A stretch of 63,886 bases of DNA, filler included, from Basidiobolus ranarum (GCA_040143965.1; 30 parts of 30 records of this genome joined end to end with filler, not necessarily neighbours in it); one strand, 5' to 3'; counted from the first letter of the whole stretch, positions 49,004-61,930 are shown. Program-made: numbers and translations. The notes: generated by a model from the sequence alone, not told the origin.

Positions 49004-49641
49004 NNNNNNNNNNNNNNNNNNNNNNNNNNNNNNNNNNNNNNNNNNNNTTAATTAATTAANNNNNNNNNNNNNNNNNNNNNNNNNNNNNNNNNNNNNNNNN
49101 NNNCTTTATTTTATGATATCAATTACTAAAGTCATAAAATGAGAACTAACCAAGCTGTACCGTTTTTAAGCAAAGAAAGAATCGCCATTACTGCAGGCTT
49201 TAGTAAGAACCGTACAACCTAGAAATAATTAAAGTGTGAAAGAGTCAACTGAACTAATTCAATACTTTCGTAAAATGGAAGTCAATTAAAGAGGAAACAC
49301 AGACATGGGGGCTGATACAATAAACTAATATTCAACAAGAGCATACCATATGTTATAGAACATAAAAGCGTAAGATGATAAGTATTTAAGTGGCTGAATG
49401 TATAAATGATTCTTGAACAATTGACTAATGAGAACATGGCGTATAATGCTAGTCACTATTGAACAACCATCTTCAGAATTTTAACCAAATAAATTAGTTC
49501 GAAACTAAGATCTACTATGAAGTAGCTATTCTATTCAATTTAATTCATGCTAACACTGTGAAGGGACTGAGGAGCTGAGTCAAATTTAAAATAGTTAATA
49601 CGTGTTGGTTGACGACTTTTGGTACTCTGTGAATATTAGTA

Positions 49642-51131
49642 ATGGCATCCAAAGTAATAGCTGAGATACAACGGTCGTTTAAAACGAACTACTTTGCGAC
49701 AACGAAGAAAGGTTTGAAACTGTTTTAATTCTATTTTTCATTTAAGCTCCCTTTAAACAAACTTTCATTGAAAGGTTAACAATATAAGTTGATGTTAGAA
49801 CCTCAACCATCATATCACATTTAATTCAGTGGTTATTTTTATTTCGTAAACAGGAATAAAACTAACTCATGCACCCTTTCTTTCTAGGTGAAACATATGA
49901 ACTGCGTGCTGATCTCAATAGCGAATATAGAGAGGCTAGGAAAGATGCCGTTAAGCGTGTTATTGCTAACATGACTGTGGGTAAGGATGTCAGCGGACTG
50001 TTTCCCGATGTCATCAAGAATATGCAAACCGAGGACATTGAGCTTAAGAAACTGGTTTACTTGTATTTGATGAATTACGCTAAAACTCAACCCGAGCTTG
50101 TTATCTTGGCAGTAAATACTTTTGTAAAGGTAGGACATTTTTGTCGGTATATTGTTTTCTGCCATTGTTTGTTAATTTCGTAGTAAATCAATTAAATTAT
50201 GGGGCTTTCTTAACTTAACAGGATACCGAAGACCTCAATCCTTTAATTAGAGCTCTTGCTATCAGAACAATGGGATGCGTTCGTGTTGACAAAATAACGG
50301 ATTATCTCTGCGAGCCGCTAGGAAAGTGTCTTAAGGTATGTTATTCACGTTGTCTCCAATTATTTAGCTTTGTATTTTAAACTAAGGTCATACCTAGGAT
50401 GACAACCCTTACGTTCGTAAAACCGCAGTTATCGCAGTAGCAAAGCTCTACGATCTTAACCCCGAACTTGCCATAGAAAACGGGTTTGTTGCAATGCTAC
50501 ATGAATTGGTCTCCGATTCCAATCCAATGGTAGGATATGTTTGATATTAAATATTTATTGCTTTACAATTAAGTGTTTTTGGCTTGCTTCTGTAGGTGGT
50601 TGCCAACTCCTTGACTGCCCTGCGAGAGATTAACGAGAACTCACCCAACAAGGACTTATTTGTTGTTGATGCTGCTATTCTCAACAAGCTATTGATTGCA
50701 TTGAACGAATGTACTGAGTAAGTTAAATCCCTTCAATCATTATGATCGGTTTACTGTTATTTATGCCTTCTATTACTTAATCAATCAGATGGGGTCAAAT
50801 CACTATCATGTCTTGTTTATCCGAACGGAGACCAAGAGACGCTCAAGAGGCAGAGAATGTTTGTGAACGTGTTTTGCCTCGTTTGCAACACGCTAACGCC
50901 AGCGTCGTACTCGCTGCTGTTAAAGTAAAAGGTTACTACTTCACTGATGCTGGCCATAGTGCTAACAATTCTGTATATAGGTACTATTGCTCTACATGGA
51001 CCACACCCAGAACAGAGAGTTACATCAGCTTGTAATTAAGAAGTTGGCTCCTCCGCTAGGTATTGTTTCTTATTGAAATTTGGCCGACAGTATTTGATGC
51101 TAATTACTACTCTACATCCAGTTACCCTTTT
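49642..51131 (+). CDS. APL2: Beta-adaptin, most likely AP-1 beta subunit, 3'-truncated; exons 49642-49711, 49888-50129, 50222-50335, 50398-50529, 50596-50717, 50789-50924, 50981-51059 and 51122-51131
   Basis: Spliced translation includes [19 protein letters not shown]...[18 protein letters not shown]...[13 protein letters not shown]...[13 protein letters not shown]...[10 protein letters not shown]...DSNPMVVAN...LNECTEWGQ...[16 protein letters not shown]...KKLAPPLVTL. All seven introns are GT-AG and keep the frame. AP-1 rather than AP-2 is inferred from MTVGKDVS. Confidence 0.93.
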
Positions 51132-51343
51132 NNNNNNNNNNNNNNNNNNNNNNNNNNNNNNNNNNNNNNNNNNNNTTAATTAATTAANNNNNNNNNNNNN
51201 NNNNNNNNNNNNNNNNNNNNNNNNNNNNNNNCCACCAAAAAGTATAAATGCTTTATTTCTGGACAATAAACAATTATCTTACAAAGCTATTCACAACTCT
51301 ACTTTTCTAAAGTTCCTCCAAACAGCCCATATTTTCCCAATAT

Positions 51344-51678
51344 TTTTGATTTTCATTATGGCTGGAATACAAAGCCTTAAATATCTAAATAAAGGCATGC
51401 ATATTAATTTGAATTCCTACAGCAGTAAACCCATTAATTTGCCATTCAAAAATTATATTTTTGCAAAAATTGCTGGATATTGAATAATGCATGCCAAATT
51501 TGAGGATCAATATTTCAACATGTATGAATACTGTTCAGATACCATCAAAAAACCACCGTCACACCATCAAAATCCCTGGCAGAATGCAAGCCAACAATAT
51601 TGCAATGGTTCTCTCACAGTTTTGCTATTTTGGAGGGTGGATCCAATCAGGATCAAATTAATTTTATTTTTGTTAGGG
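51344..51678 (+). mobile_element. Second transposon end type (CCCTAACAAAAAT, type R)
   Basis: Ends ATTTTTGTTAGGG; the same end occurs at 60037 and 63644. It matches type L at 12 of the first 13 nt, then diverges. Confidence 0.75.
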
Positions 51679-51689
51679 CATGGACCTGG

Positions 51690-53186
51690 TACAAATGGAA
51701 AACACTTGTCAATTGTATGACTTAAAATCCTTCCGTCAAATGTATGACTTATAATTGTTCAGTAATTGAACTACCTTCATGTCCAAATGGTTGTTTGGCT
51801 TTTGCCAGTGATCTGAAAAACCTGAAGTCATGTATTCTTTGAACACAATTGGCAATCACTGAATCAGGTAAATATTGTTCATATTTGGCTTACATACCAT
51901 TTATTCCCCATCTTAAAGTTTTGATGAAATCACCCAAATATAGATCATTGATCCAATACCATAGTACTCACCATAAAGCTGATGTTATTACCAATATACT
52001 TGATGGATATCACTACCAGAATCTGAAAAGTCAAGGTTTCTTTGAGAACACATATGAACATGCACTTGCATTGGCTCTGGATGGTTTTTCACTAAGCAGA
52101 TATACCATTGGAAAGGCATGCAGGCCAAAAATTTTAATTTACTTAAATATTCCTCCTTCTAAATGGTATCAGAGTCATAATACTGTGATTTATCCATCAT
52201 ATCTGGACCTAAATCACCAATGCTTATAGTTAGCTTCTTGGAGCCTCTGATTGTGGAATTTGAACGGTTATCTAATGGGGTTTAGATGGGTGAATATTTT
52301 ATTAAAGCCTATATCAATGTATGTATTGGTGATACTCCTGCCATCAGTAAGCTTGGAGGTTTTTGAAGGCACAATGTACTATCTTGCTGCAGATTTTGTC
52401 AAATCAATGGAGTTTACTCCATCAGGCATATGCATTACTACTATTTAAATACAAAACAAAACTCCATGATTTTACCATCAAGAGCCAGGTCAGATTTCAA
52501 CATGAACACTGATATCAGTTTACCAAATAGTCAGTCTAACATCACACTTGGTATTAGCCATAAGCCTATGATTATATTGCTACAGCAGATCAGCTAGGGC
52601 CAGAGCTTCCCATTAGGCTCTATGCACTTACTACTTGACAACATTCCAATACTACTTACTCAGCTATATAGTCAAAAATTCAATATAAATGAGTTATTTA
52701 AGATAGGATCAAAGTTTGAATCAATTGGGAAAATGCTTGAAAATGTCAAGACACCAATATATTCTACCAGAACTCCCATCAATGTCTACTTGTCTAGGCA
52801 TTTATTGAAATACAAAGACTGGAAGTATTGGATTAGTATATAGTCAAGTGGAATCTTCAAAAGTTTCTGTCTGATAAGTATTGGCAATATTGGGAGTTAT
52901 TTGTGGATATTGTTAATATATTCTAATGACATCAACTCACATTGGCAGATCTCAGGCAGATATAGCAACTGTGCAAAGATTTTGGAATTGGATTTGAAAA
53001 GCCTTATTACAGGTTTGAAGAAGATAGACTGAATCCATGCTGGTATTCAATACATTCCCTGCAGCATCTTTCACAATGCTTAGAGCCTATAGGCCCTTGT
53101 TATACATTCTGGGAGTTCCCAATGGTGTGCACCTGCAGTGAAATGATGCTCCATGAGAAATAATCAGTATTACCATATGCTAATCT
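51690..53186 (+). pseudogene. Degenerate CACTA Tnp2 transposase
   Basis: YIPFIPHLKVL...LALALDGF, MHLLLDNI, KDWKYWI and an IGPCYTFWEFP-like remnant. Confidence 0.87.
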
Positions 53187-53258
53187 CCCTAACAGAAATT
53201 TGAGGATTGTTATTGTAGGAAAACCATCACAATTTTAATCCATTTGGGATTGACCGTT
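53187..53258 (-). mobile_element. Type L terminus abutting Tnp2
   Basis: CCCTAACAGAAATTTGAGGATTG. Confidence 0.8.
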
Positions 53259-53449
53259 NNNNNNNNNNNNNNNNNNNNNNNNNNNNNNNNNNNNNNNNNN
53301 NNTTAATTAATTAANNNNNNNNNNNNNNNNNNNNNNNNNNNNNNNNNNNNNNNNNNNNTAGCAGAGTATTTGGAATTATTTGCTTTAAGGCGCTAGGTTG
53401 ATGAAGCAGATAACCTAATCTATTAATTCTTCTGACCTATTAATTCCTC

Positions 53450-54245
53450 TGTATCCTGTTAGTTTGCTTGCATCATTAAAAAACCATAAATATCAACTGA
53501 ATACTCAATAAATCAACAGGTGAAAACCACCAATTCCTCTAATTCTCCAAGCCATTTCCAACAGGCTCCCAAATACTTTAACAGGCTATGAGTTTCAAGC
53601 TTGCACTCTCTGCAATGTCTACTTCTCAAATTTGTGGAATTTTTCCCTCTTCTCAAAAATTGGATGGAACCAATTATCAAGTTTGGAAAATTCAAATGAA
53701 AATGCTGCTGCAAGAAAAAGGACTTTGGGACACTATAGTAGGAGAAGAAAACAATGCAAACTATCTGAAGCCAAATTTTTACTCCAGGTTAAAAAAGAAC
53801 AAAGTGCCTTTAACACAATTTATCTTCATGTTAAAGAAAAATTACTGATTCAAAGTTCAAGAGCTAAAACTGCCTAGACTGTACAGAAAGCCTTGGAAGA
53901 CATCTACCAAACATGGTCTGCTGCCAACAAGATGTTTCTAAGAAGATAATTCTTTAACTTGAAGATGAAGCCAGGAGAAGACATTAAATCACTAATTAAT
54001 AGAGTTATTTTAGTGAATGAAATGGAATGCATTGGAGTACCTACTGCTGATCAGGATATCATAGTTACAGTCCTGAACAGCCTGCCACATGAATTTTGGA
54101 GTCTAGTAATGGCTTTAGAATCAAGAACTGAAAACATGACCTTAAATTATATATTTGGCAGATTTCTGGATGAAGATTTATGCAAATTAGGATCCAACCC
54201 AAGGAATGAAGAAAATGCTTTAATTGCCTATGGGAAACCTTCCTA
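53450..54245 (+). mobile_element. Copia family B LTR 3' part (to 53583), diverged PBS and gag
   Basis: ...TACTTTAACA|GGCTATGAGTTTC, then KLDGTNYQVWKIQMKMLLQEKGLW and VLNSLP. Confidence 0.9.
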
Positions 54246-54695
54246 TAAACTTGATAATTGGTTCCATGCAATTTTCCAGAAGAGGGAAGAGTTCCAGAAG
54301 TTTGAGATGTAGACATTAGAGAGAGTGCAAGCTTGGGGCTCATAGCCTGTTGAAGTATTTGGAAGCCCGTTGGAGGTGGTTTGGAGAATTAGAGAAATTG
54401 GTGATTTTCACTTATTGATTTATTGAGTAGAAAGTTCACAATTATAATTTTGTCAGGATGTAGACAAACTAACATGTAGAATGTGTTAAGGAAGGTCCCA
54501 GGAACATGTGTGCAAAGTTTGGGGCTTCTAGCATGAGTTATCAAATTCTATATATCCTCAAACTTGCAAGTTGATGTCAATATTCTAAATAAATGCCAAT
54601 TGAGAATAATGGATAATATCTTAGTTCATTATAAGATAACTAAGTACTAAGCTATATATGACTATATAGGTGTTCAGGCAATGCTAATTTCAACA
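54246..54695 (-). mobile_element. Opposing family B copy: full 5' LTR (54348-54695), PBS and ~100 bp of gag
   Basis: The minus strand reads TGTTGAAATTAGC...TTCAACA|GGCTATGAGCCCC, then MSPKLALSLMSTSQ. Confidence 0.9.
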
Positions 54696-55281
54696 TATAC
54701 CTCCATAGTGCATATTTGTTGCATTGATATCAAACATCTAATTTGACAAAAGCACCTACCATTATGCATTGAGTCCAGTTGGCACGTTCATTTTGCTATA
54801 TATATGCAATCTTTTAAACAACAATCATATTTCTACAACATTACATAAGTATTTGAGTAGAGTTAATAGCTCATCAAGGATGATCAAGTTCTATTTTGTG
54901 ATATCAGCTACTGAACATTTTACAGTACTACTGCTTTTCTTATAATTTATACTCATGGAAAAAAATTAAGCTTTGGAGCTACTTTATCCATTCCCTACTT
55001 ATCATCTAGTACCAACATTTGGTAACAATACAGATGGTATATATTTTGAAGATCACCAGAGCTACAAAGCAATGAAGTAAAAGTGGGAGACATATTGATA
55101 TTGAATAACTATTGCATGCTCTAATGGAATGATGATAGCAGGGAGTATTCCATGCCAAGTCTTTCATGAAACCATTCAGGATTGTGAGGTTTCTAGTTTC
55201 CTGAAAATGCAACATAGAATTGGCAGTTATGACGTAGTGGCATAGAAAGATATCACCTATCTATACAAACACTATTGGTTC

Positions 55282-55385
55282 TGTTGGAGGATCTTGACAT
55301 AATGGGGTAGACTTTGAGTATTAGAAGCAACTTATGATAGTGTGTTTTAGTTAGTTTATTCTTAAGAGTATATGGTGACTTATAA
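55282..55385 (-). repeat. Copia family A LTR 3' portion, no PBS (3' or solo LTR)
   Basis: TGTTGGAGGATCTTGACATAATGGGG. Confidence 0.88.
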
Positions 55386-56592
55386 NNNNNNNNNNNNNNN
55401 NNNNNNNNNNNNNNNNNNNNNNNNNNNNNTTAATTAATTAANNNNNNNNNNNNNNNNNNNNNNNNNNNNNNNNNNNNNNNNNNNNTTGATAAGGTGAAAT
55501 TGCCCAGCCTTGTGTTCCTCGGATTTAGTGCGCATACAGGGGAGATATCAGGTAATACGAATCTGTATTTGATATGGTGTTACTCGACTAATCTTCATTG
55601 ATTTACAGACTCCCATGAGATCGTCAGTATTACATCCCACTCCGTGAAAAAGGTAATGCAGTATATATGATATATATGGTCATGATTCGATACTTATCCC
55701 ATGTTTGTGCTATGCGGTGTGGATACATAGAAAATGGTAACTCAGCCTATGTACTCTGCCAAACCTATCAATCATCGTGAGGGATCTGGCTGGCTATGGA
55801 AGCTTTTAGCGCTGGGTGGAGTGGGCGGAGTGATCTACTACATTTACAAGAACAACAATCAAAACAGTAAGCAGTTTTAGAGTTCATATGCGACGCAATC
55901 CACCAGTATCCATATCCATATCCGTATCCGTAGCTGTATCGGTATACACGTATCAGTAGCAATATCAATATCTCTAGTAATAAATGAATTCATATATGGC
56001 TATAGTACTTTTCTAAATCGAGATGGGCTAACTTGATTTGTGAATAATCTTTCCAATCCTATGATGGCTCTATAGTGAAAGTAAGATCTTTAAATTCTCA
56101 TGAGATTGAGACTGCTTCCTACGAATCAAGCAGCTCTTTAGTTTCACCTGCTTACCAATGGATTTGTTCATTTGATAGGATATTGAAGCCACATAGGGGC
56201 TTGGGCAGGGATGTGCAATAACAAGATGTAGGTGTGACTGATTCCCAATATCCTTGAGCCTACTCCTAATCTATTCACCATCAGATATCACATATCCGGA
56301 TACCTCTTCCTGCTTGAAGCTTCGAAAGCTGGGGTTAGAGTTTAGATTGGCGATTCCCTCTGTCAAATCAGCTTCGCTGAATTTGGTGGGTGTGACTTGT
56401 GTCGCATGAAGTGATCACTGTGGCTACTGTGAATGACAGTGGTGAGTTTTAATAAGAGAGATGATACATATATTACAAAGTAGGCTGGTGGTTAAAATTA
56501 GATGAATCAAGACAAGTGAAAGAGTGGTATAGAATTATGCTACGTAATATTGTCGATAGTGATCTATCTGTGTTCAACTTGTGTGTTTAATT

Positions 56593-57510
56593 TTACCCAC
56601 GAATACGCGAAACTGGGGAGGAGGAATGATTCCCAAATGTTGTTCCTGAATAGAGTCCTGCACAAGCTGCCTCTTCTTCTCCCGGGGAGTTGTTACGGGG
56701 TGGAATCGGCACCGGGTTGGTGAACGATGTAGTACTAGGGCTACTGATGAAGTAATCCGAGGTATAATTGTCATATCCATTCCAAGTGGTTGGCTGTTCA
56801 TCCCATGGAATGACATCACTCCCATTGGAATGCTCATAAGAGTTGTGTGGAGGATGGGCGAACAAAGTTGAAAGTGAAGACTTGGGCTTCAAGTCATGAT
56901 CAGACCCAGGTAAACCATCTTTGTTGAGAGCTCCCTTGGTGGGAATCTTCTCGAAAGTGGTTGGAGGTTCGCTTTTGACTGCCGCTGACAATGAGACTCC
57001 AAAGTCGTACCTAGAGCCTAGGTTGTTGTTGTGCATGTTCAGAAAGGAAGGGGTCTCGGGTGACCCAAAGCTGTAGAGAGGATTAGCTACGGGAGTCACG
57101 TCATTTGATGAGACAATGGCTTTCGATTGACCAAGATCAAATGGCCAAGCTTGAAAACGGTAGGGCTTAGAGTACACAAGGTCAACTTGATAATTCATAC
57201 CATCATTATTATCCCAGTATTCTTGATTGTTAACCTGATATCGCACTGCGAAAAACATGGTTTTTTTAGGAGACGAGGAAGAAAAAGTGATTCTATTCTC
57301 CAAATTAATAGTAAACATGAATCGATCAATACCCACAAATTGTGGACATGGTTTGACAGGAGATTCTTTGAAATCGGCCACCACTTCCTCTACCGTCTTC
57401 CAGAAATCAAAAGTATATCGAATGGCAACTACCTTTCGAAAGGATAAATTTTGTATTTGAAGGGTACCCATGAGGTCTTGTTTGTCCTCTGATAACAAGA
57501 TTTTATCGAC
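56593..57510 (-). CDS. PP1 glycogen-targeting regulatory subunit (CBM21 domain, Gac1-like), 5'-truncated
   Basis: GTLQIQNLSFRKVVAIRYTFDFWKT, DRFMFTI and FAVRYQVNNQEYWDNNDGMNY form the CBM21 signature. LGSRYDFGVSL and a Ser/Pro-rich tail follow. Confidence 0.9.
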   Translation of the reverse strand, partial: VDKILLSEDKQDLMGTLQIQNLSFRKVVAIRYTFDFWKTVEEVVADFKESPVKPCPQFVGIDRFMFTINLENRITFSSSSPKKTMFFAVRYQVNNQEYWDNNDGMNYQVDLVYSKPYRFQAWPFDLGQSKAIVSSNDVTPVANPLYSFGSPETPSFLNMHNNNLGSRYDFGVSLSAAVKSEPPTTFEKIPTKGALNKDGLPGSDHDLKPKSSLSTLFAHPPHNSYEHSNGSDVIPWDEQPTTWNGYDNYTSDYFISSPSTTSFTNPVPIPPRNNSPGEEEAACAGLYSGTTFGNHSSSPVSRIRG

Positions 57511-57611
57511 CNNNNNNNNNNNNNNNNNNNNNNNNNNNNNNNNNNNNNNNNNNNNTTAATTAATTAANNNNNNNNNNNNNNNNNNNNNNNNNNNNNNNNN
57601 NNNNNNNNNNN

Positions 57612-59636
57612 TACTTGGGTGATTTCATCAAAACTTTAAGACAAGGAATCAATGGTATGTAAGCCAAATATGAACAATATTTACCTGATTCAGTGATTGC
57701 CAATTGTGTGCAAACAGTACATGACTTCAGGTTTTTCAGATCACTGGTGAAAGCCAAACAACCATTTGGACATGAAGGTAGTTTAATTACTGAAGGATTA
57801 TAAGTCATACGATTGACAAGTGTTTTCCACTTGTACCAGGTCTGTGGCAAGCAACAGTTGCCAATCAACTGTGGTAAAAGTGTAAGAAAACCAATAAACA
57901 CCTGGTTGCTAAGATTTGATTGAACTCTCCACTCCTCAATAATCAAAGCTGCTTCCTTTACAGTAAGTGTTATGAGTGGACTAATGTTTGCCAATAACAA
58001 AGAGTCCATAACAAAACTGTTGTCTTCTTCTTCAACTTCTGATATACTACCATTGGTACTGGAATAACTGAGGTCAACATCTACCAGCAAGTCCTCAAAG
58101 TTGTCTGGACTCACTGGTTTGACCAAAGTTGCATTTTGACCTACATGATTCTGGTGATATAATTGTGGCAACTCCATAGTATCTTGACTTTTGGCAGTGT
58201 TACCAAAACTTTGAGGCAAACTACAGTCATTGGACTCAATGGGCAAAACTAAAGTTGATTTAGTGCACTTATTACTGTTGTTATACACCAGGCTTTGTGC
58301 AGCTAAAGGCTTTTTACAGTGACCGTGCTTGTGCTATTTTTTCTATGAAGCCTCCGGCTTTCATAGCACAAGAATTTGTGACAATAATAGCAGGGCTTCT
58401 TTAAACATTTGTGTTGCAGTGTAGTTGTTTTAGGGTGTAAGCAGCAACTATAACTGCAATATCCTATGGGTTTTGTGAGGTGTTCAAAGGATGTGATAAC
58501 CAAGGTTTAATCACTCTAGGATGTACTGTAATATGGATCTGTCTCTTGCCTCTTGGGTCTTTGTGAAAGGGAATCAAGCCTCTAGAAATATCTAAGGACT
58601 GATAAACCACAGTGCAATGTCCAGCTTTCCATTGAATAATAAGCTGGTGCCTGACAAAAGAATATACTGGCTACAGTGTCCTTTGAGAATGATCAGATAC
58701 AAAGAGTATATCCAATCAAAAACAACTCTAAACTAGGCCAGCAGGGTCTTGAACAAGGATGCAATAGTAGTGATTTATACAAGGATATGAAAAAGTTCCT
58801 TGCCTATGCAGACAAAGCTAGGGAAAAAAATATAAAGTATCAGAAATATAACACCTACTGGTCGGTACTTCCTTTGCACTGGTCAAGTCCTTTCTAGTCA
58901 CACAGTAGCCTGTAACTGCCTCTAGTAGTCTCTCTTGAGCTTCCTCTTCAAAGTTCTCATAAGCAGTGGTGAAAATAATAGGTGATCACAAGTAGTAATT
59001 GTTAGTTGAAAACCAGGATGATTTTTATTTGAAAAGATATGGCTCCTGTTTATACTTTTCTGTAGGTAGATATGATTTCTAAGCAGATTTATCCGGAAAG
59101 TTCCAGAGATTTTGATTGGTAGGGATCCGGGGTTATGATATCATCATTAATCATGAGATTAGTAATCCATAGAGTGTTCTGGAAGGTTGTAGAAAAATCC
59201 AGAGAGTCATGGAATGTTCAGGCAAAATCAAGTTTTGATTAGTCAAAACTTAATGAATAAACAAATATTCCAAGAATCTTGTGGAAAGTTCTGGAAGATT
59301 GTAGGATTTTCCAGAAAATAATAGGGCTAGTGTGAGTTAATACTAATAGTGTGATATGATTGGCTAGAAAATATGGGTAAGTCAAATAAGGATAATGATA
59401 TAGAAATTGTGTAATAGTAATGATATCAGCTTGGAATGGAAGTAAGTCAACCTGCCAGTGGGTAGCAATGCTACACCACTACAGTGGCATGAGAAGGATA
59501 TTGTGAAAAAAAGAACACCACCCATGTAAGGGTGGTATTTTAGGTATAGCCCATCAATATCATCAGCTGATTCTGAGATGGTGTCACAGATAAGTCATCA
59601 GGGGATTTACAAGATATTTCCGGTAATGGATGGCAA
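57612..59636 (-). pseudogene. CACTA Tnp2 5' region interrupted by a solo LTR
   Basis: 57612-58419 and 59484-59636 are jointly collinear with 6600-7556. Confidence 0.87.
58420..59483 (-). repeat. Complete solo LTR, family E (1064 bp), probably Gypsy-type
   Basis: TGTAGT...ACTACA inverted termini, flanked by GCAG (58416-58419) and GTGG (59484-59487). The host Tnp2 sequence resumes on both sides. Strand is set relative to the 9722 copy. Confidence 0.82.
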
Positions 59637-59736
59637 NNNNNNNNNNNNNNNNNNNNNNNNNNNNNNNNNNNNNNNNNNNNTTAATTAATTAANNNNNNNN
59701 NNNNNNNNNNNNNNNNNNNNNNNNNNNNNNNNNNNN

Positions 59737-60036
59737 ACAACATTTCAATACTACATACTCAGCTATACAGTGGAAAATTCAATATGAATGAGCCATTCAA
59801 GATAGGATCAAAGTTTGAATTGATTGAAAAATGATTGAAAATGTCAAGAAACCATTGTATTTAACCAGGACTCTCATCAATATCCACTCATAGACATTTA
59901 TTCATATGCAAACAACAGAAGAATTGGATTTGTGTATATTCAAGTGAAATCTTGAAAAGATTTCTGCCTGATAACAGTTGGCAACATTGGGAATTGTTTG
60001 AGGATATGGTTGATATATTTTGATGGCATCAGCTCA
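59737..60036 (+). pseudogene. CACTA Tnp2 fragment
   Basis: Collinear with 52640-52940. Confidence 0.82.
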
Positions 60037-60378
60037 CCCTCACAAAAATAAAATTGATTTGATCAGGATTGGATCTACTCTCCTAAATAGCACAACCATT
60101 AGAGAACCATCATAATATTGGTGGCTTGCATTCTGCCAGGAATTTTGATGGTGTGCAGGCTGTTTCTTAATGGCACTTTGACAGTATTCATATGGATTAA
60201 AATATTAATCCTCAAATTTGGCATGTGTTATTCAATATCCAGAAATTTTTGCAGAAAAATAATTTACAAATGGCAAATTACTTGGTTTACTGTGGTAGGA
60301 ATTCAAATTAACATGCTTGCCTTTGATTAGATAATTTAGGCTTTGTATTTCAGCCATCATGTGAATTCAAAAAATACA
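60037..60378 (-). mobile_element. Type R terminus abutting Tnp2
   Basis: CCCTCACAAAAATAAAATTGATTTGATC; reverse complement of 51344-51678. Confidence 0.75.
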
Positions 60379-60944
60379 AGAATCTTATTATGTTTAGTCT
60401 CTACATATTCACATGCTTGACTGATTAGATATAACTCAACAACATTAATATGCTTTACCAGCAAACCAATGGTGCAAACATTACTAAACATCTGAAATTT
60501 TGAATAGCACTGATACTTGGCAAATAGCTGACTCTTGTTACCATTCACAATGAGAATAAGATCCTGGATTTTGGCAAATTTCTGTAAAGAATTCGGCCAA
60601 TACATCCCCGACTTGCAGTCAACATATATCCTGCCACAAGTAGATGTGTCATTGCTTGAATAGATTACCCCGTGGCTAAAACAATAATACTGCCTATCTT
60701 GATCTATCTCACTAAGAAGTCTGTCTTGCTTCTTTCCTAAAAATACCATCAGATTATCACACAACCAAATTAGTCTAAATTATAGAGATACTTACTCTGT
60801 GTCCATCAATTGGGCTTTGTTGCTGTTATTGTGCTCAAAAAATGCAAAAACCTGTGAGCACATTGAGAAGAGCTCTTGGTTGGAAGGTTAATATACACTA
60901 GAGTTTAGTTAACCCATTGCATTACATCCATCTCTGATTTTGCT

Positions 60945-61708
60945 GATACATTGTTAATCAGATTAGCATATGGTAATACTGACAATTTCACACAGAGCAT
61001 CTTTCCACCATGGGTGTGCTCCTTTGGGAACTACCAGAATGTATAGCAAGGGCCTATAATCTCTAAGCATTGTCAAAGATGCAGAAGGGAATGTATTGAA
61101 TACTGGCATAGATTCAGTCCATCTTCTTTAAACCTGTGATAAAGTTTTCATATCAAATTACAAGGTCTTTACAAAGTCACTGTATCTGCCTGAGACATGC
61201 CAATGTGAGTTGATGCCATAAGAATATATTATATATTGACAAACAACTCCCCATGTTCCCAATACTTATCAGGCAGAAACTGTTTTAAGATTCCACTTGA
61301 TGCTATACAAGTTGAACATTTCTGGTACTTGCATTTGAATAAATGCCTACATGAGTGGATAATGATGGGAGTCCTGGTAAAATATGACAGTATCTTGATG
61401 TTTTCAAGTATTTTCCCAATTGATTCAAACTTTGATCCTATCATAAATGGCTCATTCACATTGAATTTTCCACTATATAGCTGAGTAAGTAGTATTGGAA
61501 TGTTGTTGAATAGTAAGTATATAGTGCCTAGTGGAAGCTTTGGCTTAAGCTGATCACCTTTAGCAATATAATCTTAAGCTTACAGCTAATAGCAAGTTTG
61601 ATGTTAGAGTAACTATTTGGTGAATTGACATCACTGATCATGTTGAAATCTGACCAGGCTCTTGATGGTAAAATCATGCAGTTTAGTCTAGTATATGAAT
61701 AGTAGTAA
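60945..61708 (-). pseudogene. CACTA Tnp2 C-terminal half, interrupted at 61709 by the family F LTR start
   Basis: ORFs 61229-61459 and 61528-61746 match the other Tnp2 copies. Confidence 0.83.
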
Positions 61709-61861
61709 TGTCTTGATTCTGATCTCGGCATACTGATCCACTGCATATGGAACTCTTCTATNNNNNNNNNNNNNNNNNNNNNNNNNNNNNNNNNNNNNNN
61801 NNNNNTTAATTAATTAANNNNNNNNNNNNNNNNNNNNNNNNNNNNNNNNNNNNNNNNNNNN

Positions 61862-61930
61862 GGTCAATCCCAAATGGATTAAAATTGTGACGGTTTTCCT
61901 ACAATAACAATACTCAAATTTCTGTTAGGG
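61862..61930 (+). mobile_element. Type L terminus
   Basis: Ends AAATTTCTGTTAGGG. Confidence 0.8.

Noticed and set aside
55906..55931. (TATCCR)n repeat giving YGYGYG in ORF 55768-55968
   Set aside because: A short microsatellite; the ORF has no other coding support.
2043..61861. Regularly spaced TTAATTAATTAA motif about every 2.1 kb, resembling an array or cassette system
   Set aside because: It is an artificial six-frame-stop linker inside N runs. The even spacing comes from length-sorted contigs, so cross-linker gene clusters and ORFs ending in X...LIN are artefacts.
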